Assembly (NCBI GenBank): GCA_028710695.1
Contig: JAQTTP010000005.1
Coordinates: forward strand, 30,001-62,000
Origin: Candidatus Iainarchaeum sp.
Lineage (GTDB): Archaea; Iainarchaeota; Iainarchaeia; Iainarchaeales; 0-14-0-20-30-16
Reading direction: 5' to 3'
DNA length: 32,000 nt
Position numbers and translations under genes: made by a program. Positions 1 through 9,809 of this stretch are shown one piece after another. Position 1 is the first letter of the stretch. Every line of letters begins with the position of its first letter. The notes below the pieces were generated by a model. The model had not been told where the DNA came from, did no database searches, and was given only the letters and a program-made list of their open reading frames with translations.

Positions 1-1862
1 GTTGAACAGGCACCATTTACACAAGTCTTTCCATCTTTAGAACAATCTTTTTCTAAATAAACAGAACCCTCTTGACAATCCACACTATCATATGAGCCCT
101 CTTTACAATTATATCCCGCATTACAACTAAATTCATACAAAGTACCCATTGGCAAACAAAGGGGGTTATCTTGATTATCAATATCTGAATCACATTGCCC
201 ACCATTTTGAACAAGCCCACAATGATCTTCAAACTTTTTAGATTCTGATCCTACATTTGTCTCCCCCAATACAGACAAGTCACATATCAAATCAAGGGTT
301 ATTTCCCCACTGGAGAATTTGTTTGTATTTTCCCCGTCCAGATCACTACAATTTACCTCAGTATCACAATCTTCATCTTCATTAATGCATTTTCCATCAT
401 AACAGGCACAATCTTTAGTCCAAGAAGTCAATATTGGAGTATCAGATTGGCAAGAATAATCCTTTAACTTTTTACTATAAAGAACTTCCTCTTCATCATC
501 ATTAACACACACTGATTTAACTTCGTGTTCTATTCCATCCACGTCCCAATACTTTACAACATCACCAAGATCTTTACAATCAAATCCAATGTAATCTTTT
601 TCAACACAGGCACCATTTTCACAAGCCATGTTTAACATATAACAAGGAATTTCCAAAGACTTTGATTCATATCCGCTTTGGGTTTTATCACATGTTTGTT
701 CATATAGGATAACACCGCCCACAGAACAGAAATCCTCTAATTCATATTCATATCCACCCGAATTAAGGCCAATAATTTTTGAACTTTCCAAATAGGCCTT
801 ACCACCAAGATAAGCATCTAAGTCAGTACAAGTAACTTCACAAACAGAGCCATTATTCAAATAAGTATCTCCCGAATATATATTTGAACTTTCAAATACA
901 TTTTCTTCATCTTTTTCAGCAATTACATTTTCTGTATCAAGAACAATAGATACATCATAAACTTCCTTTAGCCCAACCCCAAACTGAGCTAAATCTAACT
1001 TTTTTGGATCCTCTAAAGTAACACATCCAGATCCGTATCCGCCATACTTTCCTTGCAGATAAGTAAGCTTTCTTTCAACATCATTTATTTTTATTAAGAT
1101 ATTAAAATCATCTAATACAGGCATATTGCCCACATTACAAATATCAAAAGTTAAGGAGTTAATACATTTTTCCTGATGTGGCACAAGATGTATTTTTTGA
1201 ACAACCAAGTCTGGTGCTTTTTCTATTTTACAAGTCTGGCTACAACCATCTCCTGATTTTACACCGCCATCATCGCATTGCTCACCATCATCTACAACCC
1301 CATTTCCGCAGAGCCCTGGAATACAAGTGCCTTTATAACAAATATAACTATCTCCGTAGTCTTTACAGTCTTTTGAAATATATGTCGGCCAATATTCAAG
1401 AAATACGTATTTTTTTTCTACGCCATCTTCAATTATTTTTTTACAATTAGCTTCATAAAGAACAGAACTACTTTTACAATAATCCGCTATTACTTTACAG
1501 CCCTTTTTTGCAGTAGTTAACCCATTGTCATAATAATTAAAGTCTTTAAGAGCATAACCAAAGGCCTTGTCTTTGCTCAAATAGCTTGTGCCATTATCTT
1601 TACAGGCAAAGGAAACATTATTTTCCTCTGCTTTTTCTTGAAGATATGTACAAAAAGAATCATCTGCAACAGTTACATCAGAAACTATTCTACTTATTGC
1701 AATTGGATTAGTTACTTTTGTGAGGTCTTTCATCTTATTGTGATCTATAACTGGAATAAAAATATAGCTTTGTTTTACAGTAAAAGAACTTAAAAATCCG
1801 AAGGCAAATATTCCTACAACTACAAGCAAAATAAGCAAGAACCCAAAATAGCCTTTATGCAA
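1..1862 (-). CDS. Cysteine-rich secreted/surface protein, 3' end cut by the window edge (N-terminal TM anchor, Cys-rich modules, CARDB-like domain)
   Basis: An uninterrupted minus-strand frame runs from TTG at 1862 (alternative ATG at 1733) off position 1, so it has no stop and is absent from the ORF track. My translation starts LHKGYFGFLLILLVVVGIFAFGFL (TM helix). It contains CGNGVVDDGEQCDDGGVKSGDGCSQTC (myxo-type Cys-rich repeat) and a CARDB-like stretch (APDLVVQKI..CNVGNMPV..VLDTENVIAEKDEENV). Several modules end in C.(N/D)G.C. The + ORF 1178..1450 is antisense to it. Confidence 0.7.
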   Translation of the reverse strand, partial: MHKGYFGFLLILLVVVGIFAFGFLSSFTVKQSYIFIPVIDHNKMKDLTKVTNPIAISRIVSDVTVADDSFCTYLQEKAEENNVSFACKDNGTSYLSKDKAFGYALKDFNYYDNGLTTAKKGCKVIADYCKSSSVLYEANCKKIIEDGVEKKYVFLEYWPTYISKDCKDYGDSYICYKGTCIPGLCGNGVVDDGEQCDDGGVKSGDGCSQTCKIEKAPDLVVQKIHLVPHQEKCINSLTFDICNVGNMPVLDDFNILIKINDVERKLTYLQGKYGGYGSGCVTLEDPKKLDLAQFGVGLKEVYDVSIVLDTENVIAEKDEENVFESSNIYSGDTYLNNGSVCEVTCTDLDAYLGGKAYLESSKIIGLNSGGYEYELEDFCSVGGVILYEQTCDKTQSGYESKSLEIPCYMLNMACENGACVEKDYIGFDCKDLGDVVKYWDVDGIEHEVKSVCVNDDEEEVLYSKKLKDYSCQSDTPILTSWTKDCACYDGKCINEDEDCDTEVNCSDLDGENTNKFSSGEITLDLICDLSVLGETNVGSESKKFEDHCGLVQNGGQCDSDIDNQDNPLCLPMGTLYEFSCNAGYNCKEGSYDSVDCQEGSVYLEKDCSKDGKTCVNGACS

Positions 1863-1892
1863 AAATAATCCCTCGTATAATATGAGGGAATA

Positions 1893-3731
1893 CTATATAT
1901 ATTTCTTTACTTCGGCCCTTATAAACTCACTAAGCTCTTTCATCTCTGGCTTCTTACCGGTTTGCTTTACAATCTCTTGGATTATTGGGCCCATCATTGG
2001 ATTCAACGCAGACTCCTTTCTCTGCTTTATGAAATCTTTGTTCTTTTCCAGGTATCTTTTTATAATCTCTTTTACTCCTGCACTTAGCCCTTGTCTCTCA
2101 AACTTTTCCAAGATTTCTTTTGGGCTCAGGCCTTGCATCTGTGCTTCCAACAGAAGTTTAAAATCATTCTTATGTACCTTTCCATCCTTCTGGGCATCTA
2201 AGATCCAAACAACCTCTCCAATGCTCTCTTTATCAAGCAACAAAGTCAATTCAGCCAAAGATAGAATATCATAAAGCCCAATATAACTCTCAAACTCTCT
2301 TGCATGATTACTCTGTGCTACCTGCTCAGAAAGCTGTTTATTTAATCCCATCGAGATATATAGTTTAACTCTTTCAGAATACCACCTAGGCAATTCCTTA
2401 ACTTTTTTCTTCAACTCTTGTGCGCTTATTTGAATAAAAGGGATATCTGTTTCTGGATACATCCTTGCTGCCCCTGGCAAAGGCCTCATATACTTTGTAG
2501 TACCATCTTCATTTGGAGCCCTTGTCTCTTCTGGAACCCCTTTCTTAAGCATCTCAAGCCTTTCAACTATTCCCTTAAAACAAGCTTCGGCCTTTTCCCT
2601 ACTAGCCACAATCACAAAGATAAATCCATCTTTCTCTTTACAGCCCAGTTCTTTTCTTATCTTTCCAACTTCAGATTCAGTAATCCCATAATTTGGAAGC
2701 TCATCACAATGTATTAAGCCACCAACCCCGCACTTAACTTTAATAAAATCAGAAAGATCAGTTGCAAGCCTTTTATTTGGTTGTAGTTCAGTACCAAGTA
2801 GGCCTTTAGAACCTGTAACTTTGGAGCCTACAATTACTTGTCCTTTACTTAGTGCAGTCTTTATCATTTTGCTTTCTGACTTTGCTAATAAAGTTGTAAG
2901 ATCTTTAAGCTCTATTTTAGGTATTGATATTTTCTTGCCTATTTCTAGGATCTTCTCTTGTCTAATAACCTCATTCCTGACATAAACATCGATCAAATCT
3001 AGTTCCTGAACTCCTTTTATCTCAATTCTTGCTCCGCCTTTAATTGAGATGTTAATATCCTGCCTTATAGTTCCTAAACCCCTCTTTGCAAACCCCGTAA
3101 TTCTAAACAACTCACCAATTTTCATTGCCACTTCTTTTGCCTCTTCTGGGCTTTTTATATCTGGGGCAGTAGTGAACTCTATCAAAGGGATTCCAAGCCT
3201 ATCAAGGCCATACCTAACAAAGCCTTCGCCTTGCTCAATAATTTTACAAGCATCTTCCTCTAAGCAAATTGATTCTACACCAATTTTCTTTCCATTAACT
3301 TCCAAGATTCCATCCTTTGCTACTTGCATTGTTCTCTGAAACCCCGTTGTGTTGGATCCATTTATTACCATCTTTCGCATTATGTAGACAATATCAAAAA
3401 TAGTGGCATTTGTTTTCAATGCAACCTCAAGCACAGCCTTCAAAGCCACCTTATTAAGTTCGTGTGGTGGTTCCTCATCTAACTCCACCAAACAAGCATA
3501 ATCTTTGTGGAACTCGTAAATATACTCTAAATTCTTATTAAATTCCTGCAATGCCGCCTTATCAAATTCCCCTTTTTCAGAAGCAACAGGCCTAAGCTTT
3601 CTAGTAATCGAGTATTCATAAGGTCCATCATTAATATTTGAAGGACAAGAGCAGAAAAGCTTTCCCACATCAAGCTGCTGATGGCATTCAAGCCCCACTT
3701 TCAAGCCAAGTTTAGAATAATCCAAATCCAT
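1893..3731 (-). CDS. gatE: Glutamyl-tRNA(Gln) amidotransferase subunit E (archaea-specific)
   Basis: 612 aa. The N-terminus MDLDYSKLGLKVGLECHQQLD and the overall length and architecture are typical of GatE. ATG at 3731, TAG at 1893. Confidence 0.93.
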   Translation of the reverse strand: MDLDYSKLGLKVGLECHQQLDVGKLFCSCPSNINDGPYEYSITRKLRPVASEKGEFDKAALQEFNKNLEYIYEFHKDYACLVELDEEPPHELNKVALKAVLEVALKTNATIFDIVYIMRKMVINGSNTTGFQRTMQVAKDGILEVNGKKIGVESICLEEDACKIIEQGEGFVRYGLDRLGIPLIEFTTAPDIKSPEEAKEVAMKIGELFRITGFAKRGLGTIRQDINISIKGGARIEIKGVQELDLIDVYVRNEVIRQEKILEIGKKISIPKIELKDLTTLLAKSESKMIKTALSKGQVIVGSKVTGSKGLLGTELQPNKRLATDLSDFIKVKCGVGGLIHCDELPNYGITESEVGKIRKELGCKEKDGFIFVIVASREKAEACFKGIVERLEMLKKGVPEETRAPNEDGTTKYMRPLPGAARMYPETDIPFIQISAQELKKKVKELPRWYSERVKLYISMGLNKQLSEQVAQSNHAREFESYIGLYDILSLAELTLLLDKESIGEVVWILDAQKDGKVHKNDFKLLLEAQMQGLSPKEILEKFERQGLSAGVKEIIKRYLEKNKDFIKQRKESALNPMMGPIIQEIVKQTGKKPEMKELSEFIRAEVKKYI

Positions 3732-3797
3732 GAAGATCCCATTTAAAATAAATATATAACAGAAGAGCAGATTTTTTTATATTTGTATGTCAAAAAC

Positions 3798-4865
3798 TTA
3801 AAACAGGGACTTAATTATTTTTTCTCCTGTTTTTCCGTCACCAAAAGGATTTTTCCAGGGTTTTATTTTCTTGTTGTAATTATTATACCCACTAATAAAT
3901 TTAGTATAATCTGATCCCACAAGTTTTGCAGCACCAACATCTAATGCCTGGGGCCTTTCGGTGTTCTCCCTTAATACCAAACAAGGCACGCCAAGAATAC
4001 ATGTTTCCTCTTGTATCCCCCCAGAATCAGTAAGAATGATTTTTGCATTTTTCATTAAAGCAAGGCCATCTAAATAACTTACCGGATCCACAAAAACTAT
4101 TCCCTTTCCAGGTTTTAAGTTATACTTCTCAAGATTACTTTTTGTTCTTGGGTGTATAGGAAAAAGGACATTCAACCCAGTATCTTTACAAAATTGTTCT
4201 AAGTTCGCAATTTGTTTACTTAGCGCCTCTTTTGTATCCACATTCGAAGGTCTATGCATAGTTAGATAAACATATTTTCCCTTTGTTAGGCCATATTTCT
4301 TTAATGTTTTTTTCTCATTTACAAGTTTAATATTTTGCAATACTGCATCAACAACAGAATTACCAGTTACAAAAACTTTATTCTTTTCAATTCCTTCTTT
4401 ATAACAAATTTTTGCTTCAAGATCAGTTGGACAAAATAAGTAATCAGAAATATGGTCTGCCATAATTCTATTTATTTCTTCAGGCATGCCCCAATCATAG
4501 CTCCTTAGCCCTGCCTCCACATGTCCAACTTTAATATGTAATTTAGACGCCGCCAATGCTCCTGCCAGGACAGTGTTGGTATCACCTTGAACTAATACCA
4601 CATCTGGTTTTTCTTTCAGCAATACTTCTTCAATTTTTTCAAGCATTTTTCCAGTTTGTTTTCCATGTGTCCCGCTTCCAACATTTAAGTTATATTTTGC
4701 AGACTTTAAATTCAACTCTTTGAAAAATACTTTATCCATATTTTCTGAGTAGTGCTGATTTGTATGTATTACAAAATAATCTATATTTTTATCTTCACAA
4801 GCCCTAATAAGGGGGGCCATTTTTATTATCTCCGGCCGAGTTCCAAGTATAAAACAAATCTGCAT
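3798..4865 (-). CDS. wecB: UDP-N-acetylglucosamine 2-epimerase (WecB/WbpI-like, non-hydrolysing)
   Basis: MQICFILGTRPEIIKMAPLI, HTNQHY, GDTNTVLAGALAA, HVEAGLRS and DSGGIQEE are family hallmarks. I moved the start from the track's TTG (4922) to ATG 4865, which has AGGTGA 7 nt upstream and removes the overlap with the upstream gene. Confidence 0.9.
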   Translation of the reverse strand: MQICFILGTRPEIIKMAPLIRACEDKNIDYFVIHTNQHYSENMDKVFFKELNLKSAKYNLNVGSGTHGKQTGKMLEKIEEVLLKEKPDVVLVQGDTNTVLAGALAASKLHIKVGHVEAGLRSYDWGMPEEINRIMADHISDYLFCPTDLEAKICYKEGIEKNKVFVTGNSVVDAVLQNIKLVNEKKTLKKYGLTKGKYVYLTMHRPSNVDTKEALSKQIANLEQFCKDTGLNVLFPIHPRTKSNLEKYNLKPGKGIVFVDPVSYLDGLALMKNAKIILTDSGGIQEETCILGVPCLVLRENTERPQALDVGAAKLVGSDYTKFISGYNNYNKKIKPWKNPFGDGKTGEKIIKSLF

Positions 4866-4876
4866 GTCTATTTCAC

Positions 4877-6094
4877 CTACAAAACATAATAAAAAGGGTG
4901 TGTTTTCAAGCCAGTTAAACAATTTCTGGTATCAAATACGATTGTCTGATCTTTTATTTTTTCTTTAGTAATCTGTTCTACAAAATTAGAGTGATTTGTA
5001 GTTAAAATAATAATCTCTGCCCAAGCAAGGCCTTCTTTTAAATTATTAAAATCACTTTTATCCAACAAATAAGGGTCATATACTTTTACTTCTGCTTTAC
5101 GCTCTTTTAATAATTGAATTATTTTATAAGCAGGGCTTTCTCTATCATCATCAACATTAGCTTTATAAGCCAACCCCAGAACCAATATTTTCGCGCCATT
5201 ATAATGTAAATTATTTTCATTTAAAACGCTTTGAAGTTTGTCTACAACAAAATAGGGAGCAGCATCATTAATTTCTCTTGCAAGAGGTACAATTTTACTC
5301 GTCTTTGTTGCTTCAGTTAAAAACCAAGGGTCTATAGCAATGCAATGTCCGCCAACACCCGGGCCAGGATACAAAATATTTACTCGAGGGTGCTTATTAG
5401 CCAAATCAATAACTTCCCAAACGTTTATTCCCAAATCATTACAAATTTTTGCAAGTTCATTTGCATAAGCAATGTTTATGTCTCTAAATGTATTTTCTGT
5501 TAACTTACAAACCTCCGCAATAGTGATGTCAGTTAAAAAAATCTTGCCTTTTACAAATGACGAATATATTTCTTTTGCCCTTAGAGCAGAGGCACTATCT
5601 AATCCGCCAATAATTCTGTCATTATTTACAAGTTCATAAAGAGTATTTCCTGGGATTGCTCGCTCCGGACAATGAACTAAGCCATATTTTTTTCCAGTTT
5701 TGTCCAAAATCGGTTTGATTATTTTCTTACAGCAATGAGGGGATATTGTTGATTCAATTATTATCAAATTATCATGATCTAAAACTTTAGAAATTGTGTT
5801 AACTGCATTAAGAACGAATGTCAAATCTATGTGGTGGTTTTTTTCAGGAGTAGGAACAGAAACAATAAAAACATCTGATTTTTCAAGCTCAGTTGTGGGG
5901 ATAAAATTTCGTGTTTTTTTACTTTCTTCAAACAGATTAGCTAAGCCGAGTTCACCAAAGGGCAATTTTCCTTGATTTAATAATTTTATCTTCTTTTTGT
6001 TAATATCATAGCCAGTTACTTTATGCCCGGCCTTTGCCAACAGCAAAGCAAATGGCAAGCCCATATAGCCTAAACCAATTATTGTTATATTCAT
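4877..6094 (-). CDS. wecC: UDP-N-acetyl-hexosamine 6-dehydrogenase (WecC/WbpA family nucleotide-sugar dehydrogenase)
   Basis: Rossmann motif MNITIIGLGYMGLPFALLLA, catalytic region GGHCI, 405 aa, AGGTGG SD upstream. It is paired with the 2-epimerase. Confidence 0.85.
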   Translation of the reverse strand: MNITIIGLGYMGLPFALLLAKAGHKVTGYDINKKKIKLLNQGKLPFGELGLANLFEESKKTRNFIPTTELEKSDVFIVSVPTPEKNHHIDLTFVLNAVNTISKVLDHDNLIIIESTISPHCCKKIIKPILDKTGKKYGLVHCPERAIPGNTLYELVNNDRIIGGLDSASALRAKEIYSSFVKGKIFLTDITIAEVCKLTENTFRDINIAYANELAKICNDLGINVWEVIDLANKHPRVNILYPGPGVGGHCIAIDPWFLTEATKTSKIVPLAREINDAAPYFVVDKLQSVLNENNLHYNGAKILVLGLAYKANVDDDRESPAYKIIQLLKERKAEVKVYDPYLLDKSDFNNLKEGLAWAEIIILTTNHSNFVEQITKEKIKDQTIVFDTRNCLTGLKTHPFYYVL

Positions 6095-6104
6095 AATAAA
6101 CCAC

Positions 6105-7607
6105 CTAAATATTATTGACTTCTATTTTTATTTTTTTGTTCATTTTCCCCTTAAAATAATCCAAAATTAATCTCCAGATCCTATGTTCTTTTTCTATTCT
6201 CCACAATATTGGCAAATACCATGTTGTAAACAATACTGCTTGAATAATCTTTACTATATAATAGTTAATAAATCCATATAACCAAAAGTGAGCAAGGAAC
6301 CATAACAAACCATATCCCACCAACCCATAAAAAAATGGAAATAAATAGTTAAAAACTTCCTTTAAGGCCAATATTTTTGAACCAAGTAGCTCTTTATATC
6401 CAAAATAATTTACAGTCAGGCCATAAAAAAATATAGATAACATAGTAGTATATGCAATAAATACTGGCCTTAGTTCAAAAAACAAGACTAGGCAGTTTAA
6501 CAAAACAATTAGGATGATGAATATTGTACTAACTTTTATTAAAAAGAGCTCCTTATTTTTCCCAATATAATAATTTGTTATAAGAACCGGGAAGAATAAC
6601 ATAGAAAAAACAAGTATGTTAATATATTCTGTGCTTAATCCATACTCAGGCAAGATAAATATTATAAAAGGTAATAAAAAAAGAACTAAAAATGCAATAA
6701 AATAAGAAAAACAGGCAATTATTTTTGTTGGAGCAATTATTAATTTTTTTAATAAATCTAATTTTGATAAATTTTGATAGATTTGTGGTACAAATGGAAC
6801 CAATAGAGTGTTTATAAACAAGTATATTATACTCCCAAAAAATAAACCAACTGCATAATATCCTAACTCCAAGCCACCATAACCAAATAATATGAAGACT
6901 CTATCAATTCCAAAAAATATCAGGTACATAAGGCTTAACAAAAAAACCCAGAACCCACCACGAATTAACAGAATAAAACCCTTAACATTAAAAACAAGTT
7001 TTAAGTTAGATTTAACAAAGAAGTATTGATAGAGCAATACAATAATTAAACCTAACAGGGTACCAAAAAAGAACCCCGGAACCCCAAATAATTCAACGAA
7101 AGCAACAACAAACAGGATTACCACAATACCCTGCAGAATATTTGTTTTAAAGATTGTTTTGAAATCACTCTTAGATTGTAAAATAACACCAAAAAAGCTA
7201 CAGTACAGATAAATAGGTATTAAGAATCCAAGAATCAAAACAGATAATCTAGTTGAAAGGGAATAAGACAAAACAAAAAAGGCAATAATACCCGCAACCA
7301 TTGAGAGCAAAGATACTAAAAATAAAAATGTAAATGTAAGGTTTGTAAAATAATCTCTTTTTTTCAAATTAGAAAATTCGTATGTCTGCCTTTTTTTTGA
7401 AAAGTTTTTTAGAGAACCAAGGTGAATATTACTTCCATAATCCAAAATCATTTGCAAGGCATTTTTTACCCCAAAAAGCCCAGGGCCCAATAAATTTGCA
7501 ACTACTATACCTTGTATTATACCAAAAAAATTAAGAAAAAGCGTTGAAAACAAAACTTTAGAAGAGTTTAAAATAAATCCCTTTTTTGTTAACTTTTCTT
7601 CAGTCAT
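6105..7607 (-). CDS. Polysaccharide/oligosaccharide flippase (Wzx-like, MOP superfamily)
   Basis: 500 aa and highly hydrophobic, with at least 12 predicted TM segments. The N-terminal pattern (SKVLFSTLFLNFFGIIQGIVVANLLGPGLFG) is typical of polysaccharide biosynthesis/flippase proteins, and the gene sits in a glycan cluster. Confidence 0.7.
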   Translation of the reverse strand: MTEEKLTKKGFILNSSKVLFSTLFLNFFGIIQGIVVANLLGPGLFGVKNALQMILDYGSNIHLGSLKNFSKKRQTYEFSNLKKRDYFTNLTFTFLFLVSLLSMVAGIIAFFVLSYSLSTRLSVLILGFLIPIYLYCSFFGVILQSKSDFKTIFKTNILQGIVVILFVVAFVELFGVPGFFFGTLLGLIIVLLYQYFFVKSNLKLVFNVKGFILLIRGGFWVFLLSLMYLIFFGIDRVFILFGYGGLELGYYAVGLFFGSIIYLFINTLLVPFVPQIYQNLSKLDLLKKLIIAPTKIIACFSYFIAFLVLFLLPFIIFILPEYGLSTEYINILVFSMLFFPVLITNYYIGKNKELFLIKVSTIFIILIVLLNCLVLFFELRPVFIAYTTMLSIFFYGLTVNYFGYKELLGSKILALKEVFNYLFPFFYGLVGYGLLWFLAHFWLYGFINYYIVKIIQAVLFTTWYLPILWRIEKEHRIWRLILDYFKGKMNKKIKIEVNNI

Positions 7608-7677
7608 AGATAATTCCTACTAATTAAAGGACTCACAGTATTTTAAATTTAAGCGTTTTTTAAGTTAGTCAAAGTAG

Positions 7678-7884
7678 CTAAATCTTTATATTGTGCCTAA
7701 ACCTAGCCTCTGCCGCTTTTTTCAGTGGCCAAACATCAGCAATTAACATATCAGGAATAGTTTTGTCAAGTACAGGAAAAGCCAGCTCACAGGATTCACA
7801 AATAAGGAATAAGCCGCGTTCTTTCACATCGTTTTTACATTTAGGGCAAGCAATAATTTTGAGAAGTTTTTTTGGCACAGCCAT
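7678..7884 (-). CDS. Trm112-like zinc-ribbon protein (UPF0434 family)
   Basis: 68 aa. LLKIIACPKCKNDV...LICESCELAFPVLDKTIPDML matches the Trm112/YcaR pattern (LL.IL.CP.CKG.L..C..C...YPI.DGIP.LL). Confidence 0.7.
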   Translation of the reverse strand: MAVPKKLLKIIACPKCKNDVKERGLFLICESCELAFPVLDKTIPDMLIADVWPLKKAAEARFRHNIKI

Positions 7885-7893
7885 AAAATCACT

Positions 7894-8583
7894 TTATTTT
7901 TTTTGCACCTTTAATATTATTGTTGACCTAAAACGCCCAAGTAAAGGGCCCATAAAATTTAAAGGAGTACTCTCAGCATACCTGTGTGTAACATACTTAA
8001 AACCAGATCTATCTAATAAACGACATAAGGTAAATATATCCCACGAATAAATATGGTCTAAATGGGTCCCAGTATTACGGGACTCAGAACTTATTGCTTT
8101 TAATCTTTTTTTGCCACGAAAAATTTGTCTTACTATTGAAAAAAGTGATACTGCGTTAGGGGTAGAAATAACTAAGACACCTTTTTTATTTAATTGTGAT
8201 TTAAAAGTATCTAAAAATGCCACTGGATTTGGCACATGTTCTATGACTTCTAAAAAAAGAACACAGTCAAAATCTTTTTTGTTTATTGATATCTTGCCTT
8301 TAGGAATAACTTCAAAAGAAAGATTTGGCAAATTAAATGTATTTTTTGCAATTTTTATGGCATCTGGATTAATATCTATTCCTATAACTTTTGAATTATG
8401 ATTTTTTTTTGCAATTAATGCAGAGGTAATTCCAACACCACAGCCGAAATCAAGAATTTTATTACCTTCAACTAATTCAAGAGTATTTAAAATTCTAGAT
8501 CCAGGAGATAAAAATAATTTTTTAACATGGGCCACCGCATCATTTAGTTCCCATTCTTTTCCATCCCAATTCACTTTAACCAT
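7894..8583 (-). CDS. Class I SAM-dependent methyltransferase
   Basis: Motif I ILDFGCGVGITS, motif II-III VIGIDINPDAI and VLFLEVIEHVPNP. 229 aa. Confidence 0.85.
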   Translation of the reverse strand: MVKVNWDGKEWELNDAVAHVKKLFLSPGSRILNTLELVEGNKILDFGCGVGITSALIAKKNHNSKVIGIDINPDAIKIAKNTFNLPNLSFEVIPKGKISINKKDFDCVLFLEVIEHVPNPVAFLDTFKSQLNKKGVLVISTPNAVSLFSIVRQIFRGKKRLKAISSESRNTGTHLDHIYSWDIFTLCRLLDRSGFKYVTHRYAESTPLNFMGPLLGRFRSTIILKVQKK

Positions 8584-8605
8584 TTAAATCATCCTTTTTG
8601 ATATA

Positions 8606-9805
8606 TTATTTTATCACAGACTTTTTTATATGTGTTGCTATATCAATCATATTCTCTTCACTTAATCCGGGCCTATTTGGTAAAGATACTGAACATTTCC
8701 AAATATTATTTGTAACAGTTAAATCGGTTGTACGATAATTAGTATATGGTTCGCGTAAATGCAATGGCAAATAAACCCATTCTGTTTCTATTCCTTTAGA
8801 AGCCAAAGCATTAACAAATTTAATTAAATCCGTAGACCGATTAGGAGCTTTTGATTGTTTTGCTTTTTTCAAACTAACTACAAATTTCAAAAATGCATGA
8901 TCTTTTGAGAATTCTGGCAGAGTAAGTTCATCGATATTACTAAGTCCATCCAAAAGAATTTTTGCATTCCTCTGCCTCAATTTTACCATTTTATCTAGCT
9001 TTTTAAATTGTTCAATTGTAATGCCGGAAGAAACATTTGGGATATTAAATACATCAAATGAAAAACTATTTTTTAATAACTTACGTTTTAGTCCATCTTT
9101 TATTGCAAAATAAGGTAAAGTATACTTACGGTATTTACCCCGAAATAAGGCCGCCATAGAATCAGAAAGCACATTTGCATATGTTTTATTTTTCAATTCA
9201 AAAGAATACTTTTTTTTACTTAAAAGCACACCACCATAAATTGATTCTACCGGTTTTCCAAGAGCAAAACTAAATATTCCAAAATCCCCATTAGTACCGG
9301 CCCCATCTAAACCCAAATACTGAGCAGCATCATCTATAACAAAAATGTTTTTTTCTTTACAAAAAGTTTTTATCTCCTTCCAATGCGGAGACTTACCAAA
9401 TAATCCAGGGACAATAACAGCAATTGTATTTGAAGTATAATTATTTCTAATACCATCAATAGAAATATTAAAATCAATACCAACATCAATAAACACAGGA
9501 ATATAACCCGCTTGAACAATTGGCTGGACTACACCACTACAATTAAAAGAAGAAATTAAAACTTCCTTACGCCCATCTTTAGGAATCTGACCTAAAGCTA
9601 GTTGAATCGCGGACCTACCGAGATTTGTTGGATAAGAATACAAATTGGTTTTATTATTTAACATTTTCACCAGTTTTTCAGAATGTGACCCCTCAACAAG
9701 AGAATTTTCAAAAAAACAATTTTTTAAAATACCAGTTTCATTAGTATCCCAATATGGTACTAAATAAGGTATTTTATAAAATTTGCTTAATACTTTATTT
9801 AGCAT
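8606..9805 (-). CDS. DegT/DnrJ/EryC1/StrS-family PLP-dependent sugar aminotransferase (divergent)
   Basis: LGRSAIQLAL, VLISSFNCSGVVQPIVQAGYIPVFIDV, FVIDDAAQYLG, and GDFGIFSFALGKPV (PLP lysine context). Start moved from TTG 9832 to ATG 9805, which has GAGGTAA upstream. Confidence 0.7.
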   Translation of the reverse strand: MLNKVLSKFYKIPYLVPYWDTNETGILKNCFFENSLVEGSHSEKLVKMLNNKTNLYSYPTNLGRSAIQLALGQIPKDGRKEVLISSFNCSGVVQPIVQAGYIPVFIDVGIDFNISIDGIRNNYTSNTIAVIVPGLFGKSPHWKEIKTFCKEKNIFVIDDAAQYLGLDGAGTNGDFGIFSFALGKPVESIYGGVLLSKKKYSFELKNKTYANVLSDSMAALFRGKYRKYTLPYFAIKDGLKRKLLKNSFSFDVFNIPNVSSGITIEQFKKLDKMVKLRQRNAKILLDGLSNIDELTLPEFSKDHAFLKFVVSLKKAKQSKAPNRSTDLIKFVNALASKGIETEWVYLPLHLREPYTNYRTTDLTVTNNIWKCSVSLPNRPGLSEENMIDIATHIKKSVIK

Positions 9806-9809
9806 ACAA

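Noticed and set aside
1860-1895. The gatE TAG stop (1893) is in frame with the downstream Cys-rich ORF, which raised the possibility of readthrough or a fusion. A CCCTC/GAGGG hairpin lies at 1870-1888.
   Set aside because: The in-frame arrangement has a 1-in-3 chance expectation. The 10 intervening codons encode nothing recognisable, and the downstream protein begins with its own TM anchor. The 5-bp hairpin with a 9-nt loop is too weak to call.
1178-3339. Plus-strand ORFs 1178..1450, 1882..2274, 2418..2717 and 3049..3339, together with similar antisense ORFs elsewhere (7691..8050, 8111..8401, 9754..10035, 11413..11607, 14235..14507, 15370..15807, 17150..17602, 17599..17994, 18836..19072, 19747..20059, 20247..20684, 21275..21616, 21885..22121, 22357..22691, 23370..23561, 30529..30831)
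   Set aside because: Each is antisense to a well-supported gene and has a Phe/Ser/Leu/Ile-rich translation of the kind expected from the reverse strand of AT-rich coding sequence. None has a recognisable motif.
7621-7630. taattaaagg upstream of the flippase gene, considered as another copy of the promoter motif
   Set aside because: It lies only 13 nt from ATG 7607, which is too close for a TATA-to-TSS distance, and the core differs (TTTAATTA). It is not counted.
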